Assembly (NCBI GenBank): GCA_003344405.1
Contig: NOWV01000001.1
Coordinates: 1,550,001-1,614,000, forward strand
DNA from: Trichoplax sp. H2
Taxonomy: Eukaryota
DNA length: 64,000 nucleotides
Direction of reading: 5' to 3'
Shown here: piece after piece, positions 1-13,724 of the stretch
Layout of the letters: every line of letters begins with the position of its first letter
Position numbering within the stretch: the first letter of the stretch is position 1
Made by a program: the position numbers and the translations under genes
Notes under the pieces: generated by a model
What the model saw: the letters and a program-made list of their open reading frames with translations, nothing else
Told to the model about the DNA's origin: nothing
Databases searched by the model: none

Positions 1-3000
1 CCAACTGTTCATCGCGTTACTGCTAGCATGCCTCTTCATTTCTTGTTGGAACCTGAAGAGGATACAGAGTTAGATCATGATGGAAAGTCGTCGGAACCAT
101 CTGTAACTGAAACAGCACAGTCTAATCCAAAAATACAAGTACCAACGGATATGAAAGTGAATCATATTCCTTCTGCTGATGAAGAGGCTAAGGAAAGAGT
201 TACAGTTCATCCTATAAATGAGCATGACAGCAACAAGGTTGTAAAAGACCTAAAACATGGAAGTCAAGCTACACCTTACACAAAGTCAAATAGTCCTAAA
301 GTAGCCATTAAATCGAAACAAGAAGAAGTGGATAACAAGCCTCATACTAACCTACATGATACTCCGAGCTACACTAAAGCGTATCCACAGAAAGAAGAAG
401 AATCCATCCATCATGATGAGCGAAACAATGTTAATGCAGCCACAGAACCAAAAGTAAACACAACTGAAACAGCAAATCTATCACCTAAAATGAATAAAAT
501 CGAAGAAAGTAAGACTATTCATACAACAGACCAATCTGATCATAAAACAGCCAATCTATCACCTAAAATGAGCGCTAATGAAAGTAAGAATATATCTCAA
601 CCAGATCATTCTGATCATGATCATGAAACATCGGGAGTAAAAGCTCCAATGACTTCAACAGCTGCAGTTAATAGCTCGATTACGACTACATCGCACGATG
701 TGCCAGCCGCAGCTAGTATCGAGAAAACTTCTGCCCATGATGAAATTGCAAATGCAAGGACTAGCGAGGTTGCACCACCATCATCTACCGCAGAGAAAGC
801 TCCAGTGAAGGCAGAAACAGCAGCTGCGGTAGCAGGGACGACAGAAGCGGTTGCAACTACATCCGCAACAATTTCAACAGCTTCCACTATCCCAGCTAAT
901 ACAGCTCACGAAATAACTCCAGCAGCTTCTACTTCCATAAAAACTGTAAGAAATGCTACAGTCGAGGATGCAACGGTGGTAAAGCTTAACAGTAACACTA
1001 CTAATGAATCCATGTCAGCTACTCCTCATGTCGAAGCAGGCAACGATGCTAAGAAAGAGCCAAACCACGTTGTTGCTCAAGATGACCATGATCACGCAAA
1101 AGTAGTTGCAGCTGCAGTTGGAGCTACTGCAGCGGCGCAGCTACTGCTGCAGCTGTTTCTGTTACAGCTGATGCAACAGCACATCCTTCACCCGAAATTA
1201 ACACCAAAGAGGCTACAAAAGCTGCAGCTAATTTACATGCTGATGTGCATCATGAAGATGTTAAATCTGTTGCTGCTGCCGTTATTGCTTCCAATCGTGC
1301 TAGGAAACGTCTACAAAATCGTATTGCATCTCAAACATCTATTCAAACTGTTGATAAAGTAACGGGTAGGATGAAGATAAAGTTATGGCATGAAAAGGTA
1401 ACAGAGAATTTAGTCATAACCGTTTTTGGAGCGGAAGATCTGTATCCATGCGATCATAAAGTATATCGCAATGCCTACGCTAAAGTATTTATGTATCCAG
1501 AAGCTAGCCAATTTGGTAAACGTCGGACCAAAACATGCGACCGACAACTTAATCCAACGTGGAATCAAACCTTTATGTATTTTTCAATCAGTGATAAAAG
1601 ACTTGAAAGTTCTAGCTTGCAAGTAACGATCTGGGATAACGATAAAGATCATGGCATTAAGTTTTTAGGTGAAGTAATCATTAAGATGGCAACTGCTAGA
1701 TTGGATAATCAACCTCATTGGTATTTACTACGAAATCATGATCATTCTGTTGGTCAACTTCCTCCTCCGACACCAATTAAGAAGACTGCTTCGGATAAGC
1801 AATCATCTCATGGTCTACGCCGATCAAATGTATCTCTACATGCAACAAATACTAATGATGATAGTGTAGGTGCTATCTCAGAAGATTCAGTGGTTGGCCA
1901 TCCTGAAGAAGTTTACCATAGCTCAGTGAATGCTAATAAGTACCGTGTTGCTGATTCATCTAACTACGCCGAGCATGCAATGTCTAACACTGGCCATGAA
2001 GATGCTCCATCTCAATCACAAGATCATCCGAGTGAAGCGGATGATAATACAAAGAATCAAAATCATGCAGCAACTAGCGATGCTAGCAATGATGATAAGA
2101 AAACACCTCCGAGGAAACCACCACGAATTGATAGGCCACCAAGTGAAATAGAAAATCCAGCTGTACAAGAAAATCAAACTCCATTAAAGACGAATCATAA
2201 TGATGCCCATCAAACCAATCATGTATCTACAACACCAACGAGTAAGCTGAGTGTCAATATCTACAGTACAAAATCCATGTATTGATATAATAACGAATGA
2301 TTTTATCATCCTTGATAACAAAACTTAATTATTATACTGATTTGAAAGTAGCTGTCATCTGCTATTAGCAATGCATACATCAGCAGTTTCCATTATAGGA
2401 TGGCTTGCAATAGTTCATATTTTATTAGTCTTACAGTTTATATCCATGCAGTACTTGCTTCTAGATACGTATTTAAAAATAGCGACATAATGAGTTCAAG
2501 TTTAGTAGCGTATGTTATAGTTTATGCTAATAGCCATAAAAACAAAAACATTTCTTCAGGTAAAAGTGATTCATAAATTATAAGATAGCTTCGAAGTGAG
2601 CTTTGGCTGAACTGTTTATGAATATTAATCATTACATTGCAACGAAGAATTTATATATTACCATTCTTAATATCTTTAGATGTCGGTAGCTTTTATTTTA
2701 TTAACATTACTTTAGCTTAAATAATATTAATGGATCTCGAACTTCTTCTAGGTAATCACACTACGCCAGAAAGTCAAATTAGTGCTCATCAGACTACGTC
2801 ATCTAATCAAGAGCTTACGCCTCGTAGTAACAGTCATGGCAGAAGACAGCAAAATTCCGGTAGTGTATCATCTAGTGGATCAAACGACTCAAAGAAAACG
2901 AATTTACCTGATATCCATAACGGAAATAATACTAATCCTCCGACCTCTCATACCAGTAATTCTCCTAGCGGCTCGAGTAGCAGAATGCCTCAAAACTGGA

Positions 3001-4151
3001 CTAACGGGTATGCAACGAGTCTGTAGCGACAATTTATTAGTACCTGATTACTTAACTCATGTCGCAATAGCCTTATATGTCTTGATAGTGAAAAGTTGGA
3101 CAAGTAGAAAAGTATAGTATAATTGATCATGTCTACTTTTATTATTACCTTTTTCTAATAGAGCAACAAAGACACCGGAAAAAATTCGTAAAATGCGAGA
3201 TGCTTTGGGACATGGTCAAGTGGTTGGGCCACATGTAACAAGTAAACACAATTCTATAGCAAAATAATTTTTAATATGATATATAGTGCTTAAAGGTGTC
3301 AAAAAATATTGATTATCTAAGTATATAAAAATATCCTTTCTTGCATTAGCATCGTCATCATTTGGTAAACTGCAATTGGGGTTACAATACAAGAATGGCA
3401 TTTTAGAAGTAGAAGTTATAAGAGCTAAGGAACTGATAGCTAGAAATACCAAATCTTTACCATGTAAGTAAAAAGTATACGATAAATAAGAGATGCATCT
3501 TTACAACATGTTTGCTTACGCGTCAAATACATGATTGGATCATGATTAAAAATACCAGACGTTCCTGCATGTATGTAATACGCTAGACTTTTTATTTTTT
3601 TATTTTTTGTAGCAACCTATGCCAAATGTTATATACTGGATGCATCAGATAAATACATTGCAAAAAAGAAATCGAAATCTGTTCGAAAAACTCTCGAGCC
3701 TGTGTATCAGCAAAAATTACAGTTTCCAGTATCAATTACGGATAAAACCTTAGAGGTATACATGGGACACTTGGCCTTTGACGAAATTAAGCATAGACTA
3801 TGACATTAAATCATATTATAGCAAAATCTCAATGATAAATAGCTATTTTAATAGTGCATCGTCTAGTACCCCTCTATTATCTCCTAATCAATTTTATGCA
3901 TAAGAATTGCTTTACAATTCCCATTAGTTAAAAAGTATTACATAAATTGATTTAATTCTACATTTATTCTTCTATTCTAGGTCATTATATGGGGCAATTA
4001 TAATTTAATAGATAAAAAAGTTTTCATGGGAGTTGCACAAATTGTCTTAAGTGAAGAAGATTTATCGAATCTGATCATTAGTTGGTACAAATTATTTGAT
4101 TCATCTGCTGCTAATATTAATAATTTAGATGCTTCAATGAATAGTAATTAA
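1..4151 (+). CDS. RIM: RIM (Rab3-interacting molecule / UNC-10)-like scaffold, 3' part (C2A and C2B); 5' end lies upstream of the window
   Basis: Exons <1-2241, 2752-3007, 3162-3241, 3350-3463, 3613-3755, 3981-4151, all GT-AG and phase-compatible. C2A: GRMKIKLWHE...RNAYAKVFMYP...KRRTKT...LNPTWNQTFMY...LQVTIWD...FLGEV...LDNQPHWYLL. RIM-typical pre-C2B motif DALGHGQVVG. C2B: GKLQLGLQYKNGILEVEVIRAK...YAKCYILD...KKKSKSVRKTLEPVYQQKL...VIIWGNY...KVFMGVAQIVL...WYKLF. Needs one frameshift near 1135. Confidence 0.9.
467..620 (+). repeat. Two-copy ~78-bp coding tandem repeat in the RIM linker
   Basis: TANLSPKM...ESK...D(Q/H)SDH occurs twice; AAACAGCNAATCTATCACCTAAAATGA at ~467 and ~545. Confidence 0.85.
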
Positions 4152-7100
4152 TGACGCTTAACCTGTCACATTGGCGCAACTATAACATGAAACTATAATT
4201 GCTCACAGTAGCAATTATCTACGAGAATTTTTATATCATCACATTTTTCATCCTGTCCAAATTTACAAAACATCGATGGATAGCATATAGTTGGACTGTA
4301 TTGTAAATGAATCCATCTTATTTTTAAGATTACTTGATCCTTTATAATATATTGGCTTAGAACTGTTTATACTATCTTCACTTAATCAATCTGTATGTAT
4401 CGTTTGATAAATTTTTATATATGGACTATTTGACGACAGCACTTTAAAAAAGCTATTTTATTTGAAATCTATGATAGCCTTTTAATGTTATTGCAATATG
4501 GTGATAATGCTTTACATTTAGCGGTAATGTAAGCTCAATATATCATTTAGAAGTAGACGATTGAGCTAGTTTTTACAGTATTACAAGAAGATAGATTATT
4601 CAGCAATTTTTACATATTTATGTATTTACCACAATGTAGATTTACTCATTCTTTATATGATAGCTTTTTGTATTTTCTATTTTACGTACGAAAATTCTCA
4701 ACGCGGAAATAATCTATGCTACTACTGCAATAGCTACTTGTAGATTATGTAATTATATACGGTACGTAAGTTTGCCTGCCATTGAAAGCATGATAAGCGA
4801 TAGGTCAAATCATTTTTTGAGGGGATTGTGATTTATACTTAGATAAATATCAATAAGATGTATGTTACCCTTTTTTAGCTTATCGATTGGTATTTTCTAT
4901 TTTAAGTAACTGCTTCTTATCGTTAAGATAGCAATTATGATGACGGACTGCAACGATGATATGTTGTTAGTAATTTACTCGTAAGACACACCATTTTTAA
5001 TATATTCATAATTATTTAACATTGGTTATGATAGTTATAAAAATATGCTACGATCACTTTCTACGCTATGATCTAAATGACCGAACCAAAGTAGTTTCTA
5101 GATCTAGTATTATTGTAATTTGGATAATAATCATTTTTTTGTTGCAATCTACGCGTACCTATTAATTATTACAGCTACTATATTAATCAGCGATGATGCC
5201 ATTTCAATTCACGACAATTGTATTACTGTTCTTAAAGTTTTACTTGGAGTTAGCTTTAAACAATGCATCAAGACTTTTTTACACGCATTATCATCTCGAA
5301 ATTTTTTGCCTTTGTACTAGTAGCAAATCATTTAATTATGTTATTTTCATGCTTATTATCACTGCACCAATTTTTGTGCAATCGTAAAATTCTTATTGGA
5401 ATACAATCTAAAATCAGGTTGCTTCAGAAAATAAAACACTTTAAGTAATTATGCTATTATTCATCTTATCTGTATGATTTATTGCCAAAGTAGATCTGCA
5501 TGGTTAGTTTAAGGTCGTTGGAAGCGATTATGTTTCGTGATTAATCACTCGTAAAGGTAATTTCTAGTGTTTACTTCGGCTTTATGCGGTAGGTAAACTA
5601 TAATCATTAGAATTGGAATTCCATCAACTTTATTTTAACCTAGTTTGTCTTAAATTCATATGAATTTGCGTGAATATCTCATCATTTATTGTACTTAATT
5701 ACTAGATATCCTATTCGATATCGATATAACTATACTACCTGAAATTAGTTCAGTTGCTTAGATTATTCAGTTGATAAATAGGGCTAAGAATGTCAGCACT
5801 CTCTTTAAAATTTCAATTGCGACTATGAAATCGCTATCTTCTATTTTTTCAATAGATATTTATTTCAGTAGTTCCTACCTCAACCGTAGATGTGTTTGCT
5901 TTACCTCTACACTCTCGTTCATAGACTGTGGTAGGGACTCTTATAGATCTTCTTACTGCTATATAAGATTGAAACGAATTATGTAGACATAAATAGTACC
6001 TCAAATTCGAATTAACTACACTTTGCTACAGTTAATTTCAATTACAAAATTGGGTATTTCTCTCATCAGAAAATTCTTGTAATTTATCCTTATTAAATAG
6101 CATATTTACGATCAGATACTTTTGCAGTAGTATTGGCTTCTGTTATAAGCTAGGAATAGCTTAACTTGTAAAAAGGTTTGAGAGAGTATCTTCTAACCCT
6201 ATACCAAAGTTATTTGGAATACTAATCAATTACCGTAGTATATTAAATTTACTGTATCAGTATTAAGTTAATTAATTCTTAATAATAGTTTAACAAACAC
6301 ATATTAGTCTATCCTACCAAGATATTTCATCTAAACTTAGAAATGGTATTTTCAACCTGAATATCCTTCGAGGTGATAGATAAAATCCAGTTAAACTAGT
6401 TGGCATTTACTATTTAGTCTATCTAATCATAAATTAAGGATTGCTAATGCATCAACTACTAACCATTAAAGTTACGATAATTATTAATGCATTAATTAAT
6501 GAAAGGATCATTCCGATGCTAAAGTGGAGAGTAACTTTACTTTCGAGGCATTTAATTAGGCAACTGATCATTTTAGAAAATGGAAGGGTTAGGGTTGGAG
6601 TTAAATTTCAGTCGAATTCTCTATACTAAATTAAGTACATGATTTTATAATCTAATCGATAATACTATATATTCCATCAAAAGATTATCATTCACCATTC
6701 TGACGATAGGCTCGATTGAATTTTAAAATTTCAAAGGCAAGGGTACTTTATTTAAGTTATATAGATGATTTATAGCATGACGAGGATAGTGAGGAGTCTA
6801 TAATTACAATGATTATGTTTCTATCGTTATAGTTAGGTCAGATCGACGCTGATATCCTAGTAATAATAGCACAAATAATTGGATTCTCACCATCATTAAA
6901 TGCTATCAATTCAAATGGTAATTAAATTAATGCTGGCACAATTCGATGAATAACAAGTAAGATAATAAAGCAAGCCATTTTTTTCTTTAGTAATATTGAT
7001 TTATATATTGTTGATAGATAATAGCAGGTTTATTTACATTGCAGTAGAGGATTCCATTATAAACTGAATATTGTCTCTGCTGATAGATTAATAGGGCACG

Positions 7101-8351
7101 ACGATCGATATGAGTAATATTTCTTATTTTATTCTATCGTCCATGTCATCAATCACGGACAAGGCTAATTTCTACTTTGGTGCTCCAACCAGCTTGTGCT
7201 AGCAGCAATTGATAAGTTCGTCAGGAAAATTGAAAGCCTCATCTCATTTAATCATCTACTGTTAGTCTTGCCTAAATCATCAATTTTGCTTGTTCTGGAA
7301 GGAGTCGAAATTGCAAGTATAATTAGAACTTATGGGCTGTATTCTCCGGTAGAAGAATCGAATTTAGACAGAAAAAAATGCAACTAAAAGAAATAAATTT
7401 TTGACATCAATTATTGGTTCGTTGACTTGATAAACTCTCAGTTGTGCATTCTAGTAGCTAGTATATAATCAGTATTATTAAAGTAATTTAGCAATCATAG
7501 CTAAAGCTGAATCAAATTGTTTTAGACTCTAAACTATCACCTTTGGCATTCTCATAATCGACAAGAATTTTCTTAATTAATTGACTGTTAGCGTTGATTT
7601 TCCAGCTTCATTTGAAACTATTCAAATCCATTTGTACGTCTCTGCAACCAATTTGTTTGTCAACAACGTTAGAACCATTTTTAAGGCTTCATTTCAAGTT
7701 TTACTTAAATTATTTGGGACTTTTCATCCTCAGTAACACTGGACAACTTCGAATCCGTCGATTTTTGCTGCATTTTAGCCAGAGATTATCGCGCTATTTT
7801 CTTGGTTATAACTTGAATATTACCAACTTGCTATTATCATTCCATAGCTAGTACATAATCAAGGATAACAAGACTACTTTTGCAAACTTTACAAAGGCTT
7901 TCTTGAAATCATTTTAAGATCACAATTACCACTGCTAACTCTCTCAACAAATCTAACTTGGCAAGTTTCTTAATTTAGCTAAAGATTATATAGGAGCGCT
8001 TTTTATTGATTATTTTTGAGCATTTTATATCTTCCTCTATTCTATTTTAGTTTCCTCCAATGCCTAAAATTGACAAGACCAGTACTATTACTTTGCTTCA
8101 TGTCTTGGCTATGCGATACTATCAATTTCTGAAAGAATAAGTTTATTGGTTAACCAAGATAGATAAAAGAATCTAGTCAACGATACAACAGCTAAAATAA
8201 ATTTATTAGGATCGACGTCATTTATCTGTTTCAGAGTAATTGTGCAAATTCATTACAACATTGATAGTTTATGAAGTAATTTGAACCATCTTGGATAAAT
8301 TAGGATGAAAGAGTAATTTTAAGAGCAGCAGTTAATAGTATTAATAACAAT

Positions 8352-11300
8352 ATGAGACAAGCTGTTTCTTATCCATTTCTCAACGTAGTAATTATAATAA
8401 TTGTATGGCTAAACAGCGCTAATAATGTTGAAGGAAATATCTTACAACAATGTCGCCGGGAACATATCTTTTCTGATCATAGTTTTCAACGGATCTACAA
8501 ACCTGGTGATATCACATTAACAGGACTATTTCCGATTCACGCCGAGCTAATTGCTTATAATACAACTGGTGAAGAGGAAAGAGTGAATTTTTTCAATTTT
8601 CACGGTTTTAATTGGGCTTTAGCCATGGCCTATACTGCAGAATGGGTTAATAACCAAACCGATTTTCTACCCAATATAACGCTCGGATACGATATTCGCG
8701 ATACCTTTTATAACATTGAGCATGCAGTCAATCAAGCGATTAATCTAACTCGTTCTATCGTTGTTCAATCTACATGTAGCCGACATGGCAATGAATGCCA
8801 TTCTAAGCAATCTCCTGCTAGCCAATTTAATCAACAACAGCAACAAGTATCGCCATTAGTGTCCATTGGTCCATCGTATGCATGGATTGCATCACCAGTA
8901 GCCGATATTTTCTCAACTTATGGTATTCCATTAATCAGTTATGAATCAGCGATTGCAAATGACCAAAATAGCAATCAACTATTCCTCCAAGTACGCCATT
9001 CTAATTTTTTACAAGCTAGTGTTATTGCTAATTTAATTGAAAAATTTCAATGGTCTTATATCACTGTCATCAGTAGTGATGATGAATTTGGCAGGGTTGG
9101 ACTGCAATCCTTGCAAGAGGAATTAAAATCAAGAGATAATATATGCATTGGACGTAATTTCGTTATTCCAGGTGGCGATCAAATTGACTTTACTCAGATA
9201 AAAAGAATGATTACAACTATCAAAAATGATATCAATATTCAGGTTTGTGTTGTCTATACCAATGTATTTCAAGGTTATGCAGTTTTTGAAGAAGCAACAA
9301 GGCAAAAATTAACTCAAACAACCTGGATTACTCCTGGTGAATTGGGCCAATCGCCAGGTATCCTTCACCAGAATAAAGATGTTTTGCAAGGGATGTTAAC
9401 CGTAACCTTGCCAGATAAAAATCCTCCGATGGATTTTGAATTATTCCTTGCATCGAATGAAAATTCTCTCGGATTGAACACATCGGTCTTGCCGAATTCT
9501 TGGCAGCACGAATATCTCAGTAAAGTTCAACAATGTCGTTCTGAACGCTTTACTATGAATGCTAATCAAAATTGTAACTTAAAATGTTCTTATCGGAAAT
9601 TTTTCTGCTATGGCATAAATAATATTGAAGGCTTTGATTACGTTATCAATGCAGTCTTAGCTGTAGCAACTGCTATCGAAGCCATGAAAGATTGTCGCCC
9701 TGGCTATGGGCTATTAAATGGCAAACGATGCCCCAAACCTCCGCCAAATATCAATCCAAGAGATCTATGGACTTACCTCCGAGCTGTGGAATTTAAGGAT
9801 CTCTTCGGCTACAACTTTTCATTTAATCATCATCCTGATTCTCATTTTCTTATTAAAAATCTACAACTAGATGCTCAAGGTAAGCCAAAATTAGTTCCAG
9901 TGGGAGAATGGCTAGCCAATGATCAAAATGCCACGTTACAAATGAATTATAGCAAGATTATATGGAGAAATAATGCCCACAAGATACCTGTATCACGTTG
10001 TAATAAACCATGCCCACCCGGCTATCAAATCTTTTATAAAACATCACAGTGCTGCTGGAATTGTATACCTTGTAAAGAGAATCATTATAGTGAAAAAGAA
10101 GGTAAGGAAAAGTAAGAAAGGCTAATAATTACCGTACTTCTAAGTAGGAATTACGAGTAATAACTAAGCAATTACTTTAAATAAAGTAGTTTTACTTTTC
10201 TTCGACAAAGGTATATTTTAATATTATATTCCAGATGTAAACTTTTTGTAACTATCAGGCTCTATATTCGAAGCTACAATCATCATTTAATATGTTTTTA
10301 ACATGAGTACGCAGCAATTATAAAATTCATATGACTTGAGGTTGTAGCTTGAATGTAACTATAATACTCAGTGTCTAGAGTTGAAAACGAGCAGTTATAT
10401 TGATAGACATGAGTACTGTATAGTAAATCTAAAAATTGTCAAACTTATATAACTTTAAGATTGTAGTATTAGTGTATTTTAATATTAAATGTCAAGAATC
10501 AAACAGGATGAGTTATAGTAAATGGAATAAATTGAGTTATTAAATTCATATAACTTGAAGTTTGCGCTATTAACGAAATTTTAATTCCGGTACTAAATGC
10601 CCAGAATTAAACATGATCAGTTATATTAAATAAGATTAATCGAGTAATTAATTAGGCTTATATCCTTGGTTCTAATCTTCCTTTTCATCTACTCTTTGTA
10701 ATGGAAAATCTTTTTCTCCTTCCACGATCTAGATTCCATTAGCTGTTCTCTATGTAAACAGGGATATCGAATCAACTTAAATAGTACAGGTTGTAATAAA
10801 TTACCTGTTACTTATATCAGCTTATCCGATGGTAATACTATCGCCATTATTTTTACATTCTGTAGCTTGTTAGGGTGTTTAGTAACTCTAGCTTTTATAT
10901 CATTATTTATACGCTATCGCAATAATGGCACTATTAAAGCAAGTAGTATCGAATTAAGTATTTTACTCTTAGTATTTATTATGATTTCATTTAGTTTACC
11001 AATTTTATTCTGTTTAAAACCAACTGATGCATTATGCCGTGTAAGATCATTTTTATCTTTTAATACATTTACACCTCTATTAGCGTTACTATTAGCTAAA
11101 ACCCATCGAATTGTACGACTATTCCATGCTCGATTATCGACATTAATGGATAGAAAATGTCTAAGCAACGCTTATATTTTACTACAAGGAGCAATAATCA
11201 GCGCTGTACCATTAGCTTTATCCATTATTACTTTGGCTTTGTATCCATCTAAAGCTGCTTACGTTTACGACGATTATTTAGTCGTTTCTCTAGAATGTCA

Positions 11301-11823
11301 AGGATCCAAATCTCCTGTTGCTGCTATATTTCAATATATTATGTATGCCTATTTTGGCATCTTGGCACTTTATTGTGCCTACTTAGCTTATCGACAACGG
11401 CGTTTACCTGCACGATTTAATGAGGCTCGTCAAATTGCATTTCCTATGTGTGCCATTTGTCTGACAAGTGTTGCAACTATCATTACAGACTTTAGTACAT
11501 CTGGTGAAGCTAAAGTGATTGTCTATTCCATGGTCATTATTGTTAATTGTGCAGTCATTCTAGTATTCCTATTTGTACCTAAAATTCATTCATTACGCCA
11601 AAATATTAATAAGGATAACGTCCATGGCAATGGACTAGGCAGTCGATTGCGTGATATTATGTCCCTTGGTTTTACCATTGGCTTTATATCCACAAAAAAT
11701 CGATCATCGACTAACGATGATATCAATATTGCAAATATAATTGCTCCTGAAGGTGAAACTTTTACGACAGATGTAATTCGCGAATCGGAAATTGGGCCAG
11801 CTTCTTTAGAAAATGAATCGTAG
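8352..11823 (+). CDS. Class C GPCR #1, CaSR/GPRC6A/V2R-like (VFT + Cys-rich domain + 7TM), ~946 aa, 2 coding exons
   Basis: Exon 8352-10101 (G|GTAAGG) joins 10733-11823 (TCTAG|AT) in phase, giving YSEKE-D-SISCSLC. Signal peptide, GDITLTGLFPIH, FLPNITLGYDIRDT, PVSRCNKPCPPG...CCWNCIPC, then 7TM motifs LAKTHRIVRLF, LPARFNEARQI, FVPKI. Confidence 0.93.
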
Positions 11824-13724
11824 TGTCTCAAAGCTAGTTGAAGTAGATCAGTTATTCATGCATTAATAACGATCGAAATAGAATTTAAGACTATCGATTA
11901 TTCTTACTATTAGAAGTTAGCAATTTTTATCAGGATATACGATATTTAGTCAATAATCTTGGTCGACGATTTTATTAGAATAAAAAATTTTTCTTTATTA
12001 TTATTAAGCTTTCAATAAATATAATTTTATTCCAACTTTAATCTCCCAACAGTCAAGAATAGATCGTTTAATTACAAAGCCAACATTGATATCTCAATCT
12101 ATTTGTATTATTTTGTCTTCGTATTATAGCTTAAGAACTAATATAAGATTTCCTATAAATTTCGAAATCAATTCAGACAGTAAATTATATTTAAAAATCT
12201 ATTTTTGAAAGCTAGAGTATTAATTGGTAATTGAAATTTGGTTATAAGACTCTCATCTAAGCAAGTTATTTATTGAGGCAAAAGAAATCGACAGTGTAGT
12301 ATTTTCAATGATACTTTAAAGCATGCTAGTCGATTGTTTAAAATTCTTTATGCATAAGTCTTGAGCGATTAGAGTAGAGGTAATAATTAGCCGATCTAAA
12401 AGGCTTTATTAGCTTAACCAAAGCTTACTTTAAAATATTATCGCCTATTTTATCTTGTTTCCCTTCTAAGTCTAGAGATACTGTTGTAGAATAACCGAAT
12501 AATGTAAAAAAACTAAGCATGGGATAATTTTAGATAGTAGCATATTCATGATCCTGGATTTAATCGTCGATTTCATTTATGACATATCTAATTGGTAAGT
12601 TTAGCTCACTAAGCTAATAGAGATCTATTCTTCGTTTCCGTCCACTACCAAGCTAAATATGCGATATCATTGTCTTGAATTTAAGTGTTTGACAGATTTT
12701 TCCAGCAAGTCTTATTATTTACTTACAGCGAAATGCATTTAAATGTCTGCAGTACATTATCGATAGTTTCAATTTAAGTACATCGTAATATTTGTATGTG
12801 ATCGAGTAGATTTTAACATTATAGAATGCTCATATGATGAATGGAAATTATGATTTTGAGTTTCATTGCGGACAATATCCTAGATTTTTTATTCAAAGCA
12901 TAGGAACAAATATTCATGAGCTATATTCATTAGTTTTATTCTCAAATTTATGCCATGTTAGTTAAGTTATAACTCTAGATATTTGAGGCTACCAATTTAG
13001 AAATAGTCCTGATATCATCAAGAGGGTACTAATAAGCTGTTTCATAGACGAAAAATAATATGAATATATTATTATTTCTCTTAGAATAAATAACCTCTCT
13101 GTGATGTTTTGTATACAGTAATAAACGTATATTACTTAATGACTATAAATAATGTCGTTTCAAGGAAAAGAAAACTATAGAGTTCATGGGAAAGATCTCA
13201 CTGTTAGAATTACAAAAGTAACTATCATGACGTTATCATAATCAAATTATTATCTCCCTCCTTTTACACCTATTCCATTTTTAATTAGAATTGTATTGAT
13301 ATAAATTCAACTATTTCAAATTGGAATGTTTTCACAATGATTATTTGTCTATCAAAGCCTTCCTTTATTGTTCTGTTACAAACTAAATTAATGCGTAGTT
13401 TATTAATTAATATCAGCGACGTTACTGAGTATCTCTCTATATGTATTACGCTAAAATTATCATTTTTGCAAGCATCATCCTTCCAAATAATACGCCTTTG
13501 TTGACATACAGTTGCCATCCTGTATTTATTGACTGTTAAGATGGTAGGAGAACTATTAATATAGAGATATCAGTTGATATTCTGCGCATGAAAGTGGATA
13601 ATTAATTATTATTTATGCCTTCAGGGGTACAGGATGAGATAGAGTAGAACAATTTCAACGCTAATTGCTTAATTCAATGTATGTTAGATCGCTATAAAAG
13701 TAATTTTGTAAAGCTTTTGTGAAT

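Noticed and set aside
621-887. Antisense or alternate-frame ORFs overlapping RIM, the GPCRs, DCAF13 and IRS
   Set aside because: Shadow ORFs of real exons with no independent evidence.
1138-1362. Hydrophobic L/Q-rich C-terminus of ORF 28..1362 as a transmembrane or real protein end
   Set aside because: It is the out-of-frame reading of GCN-rich codons after the frameshift.
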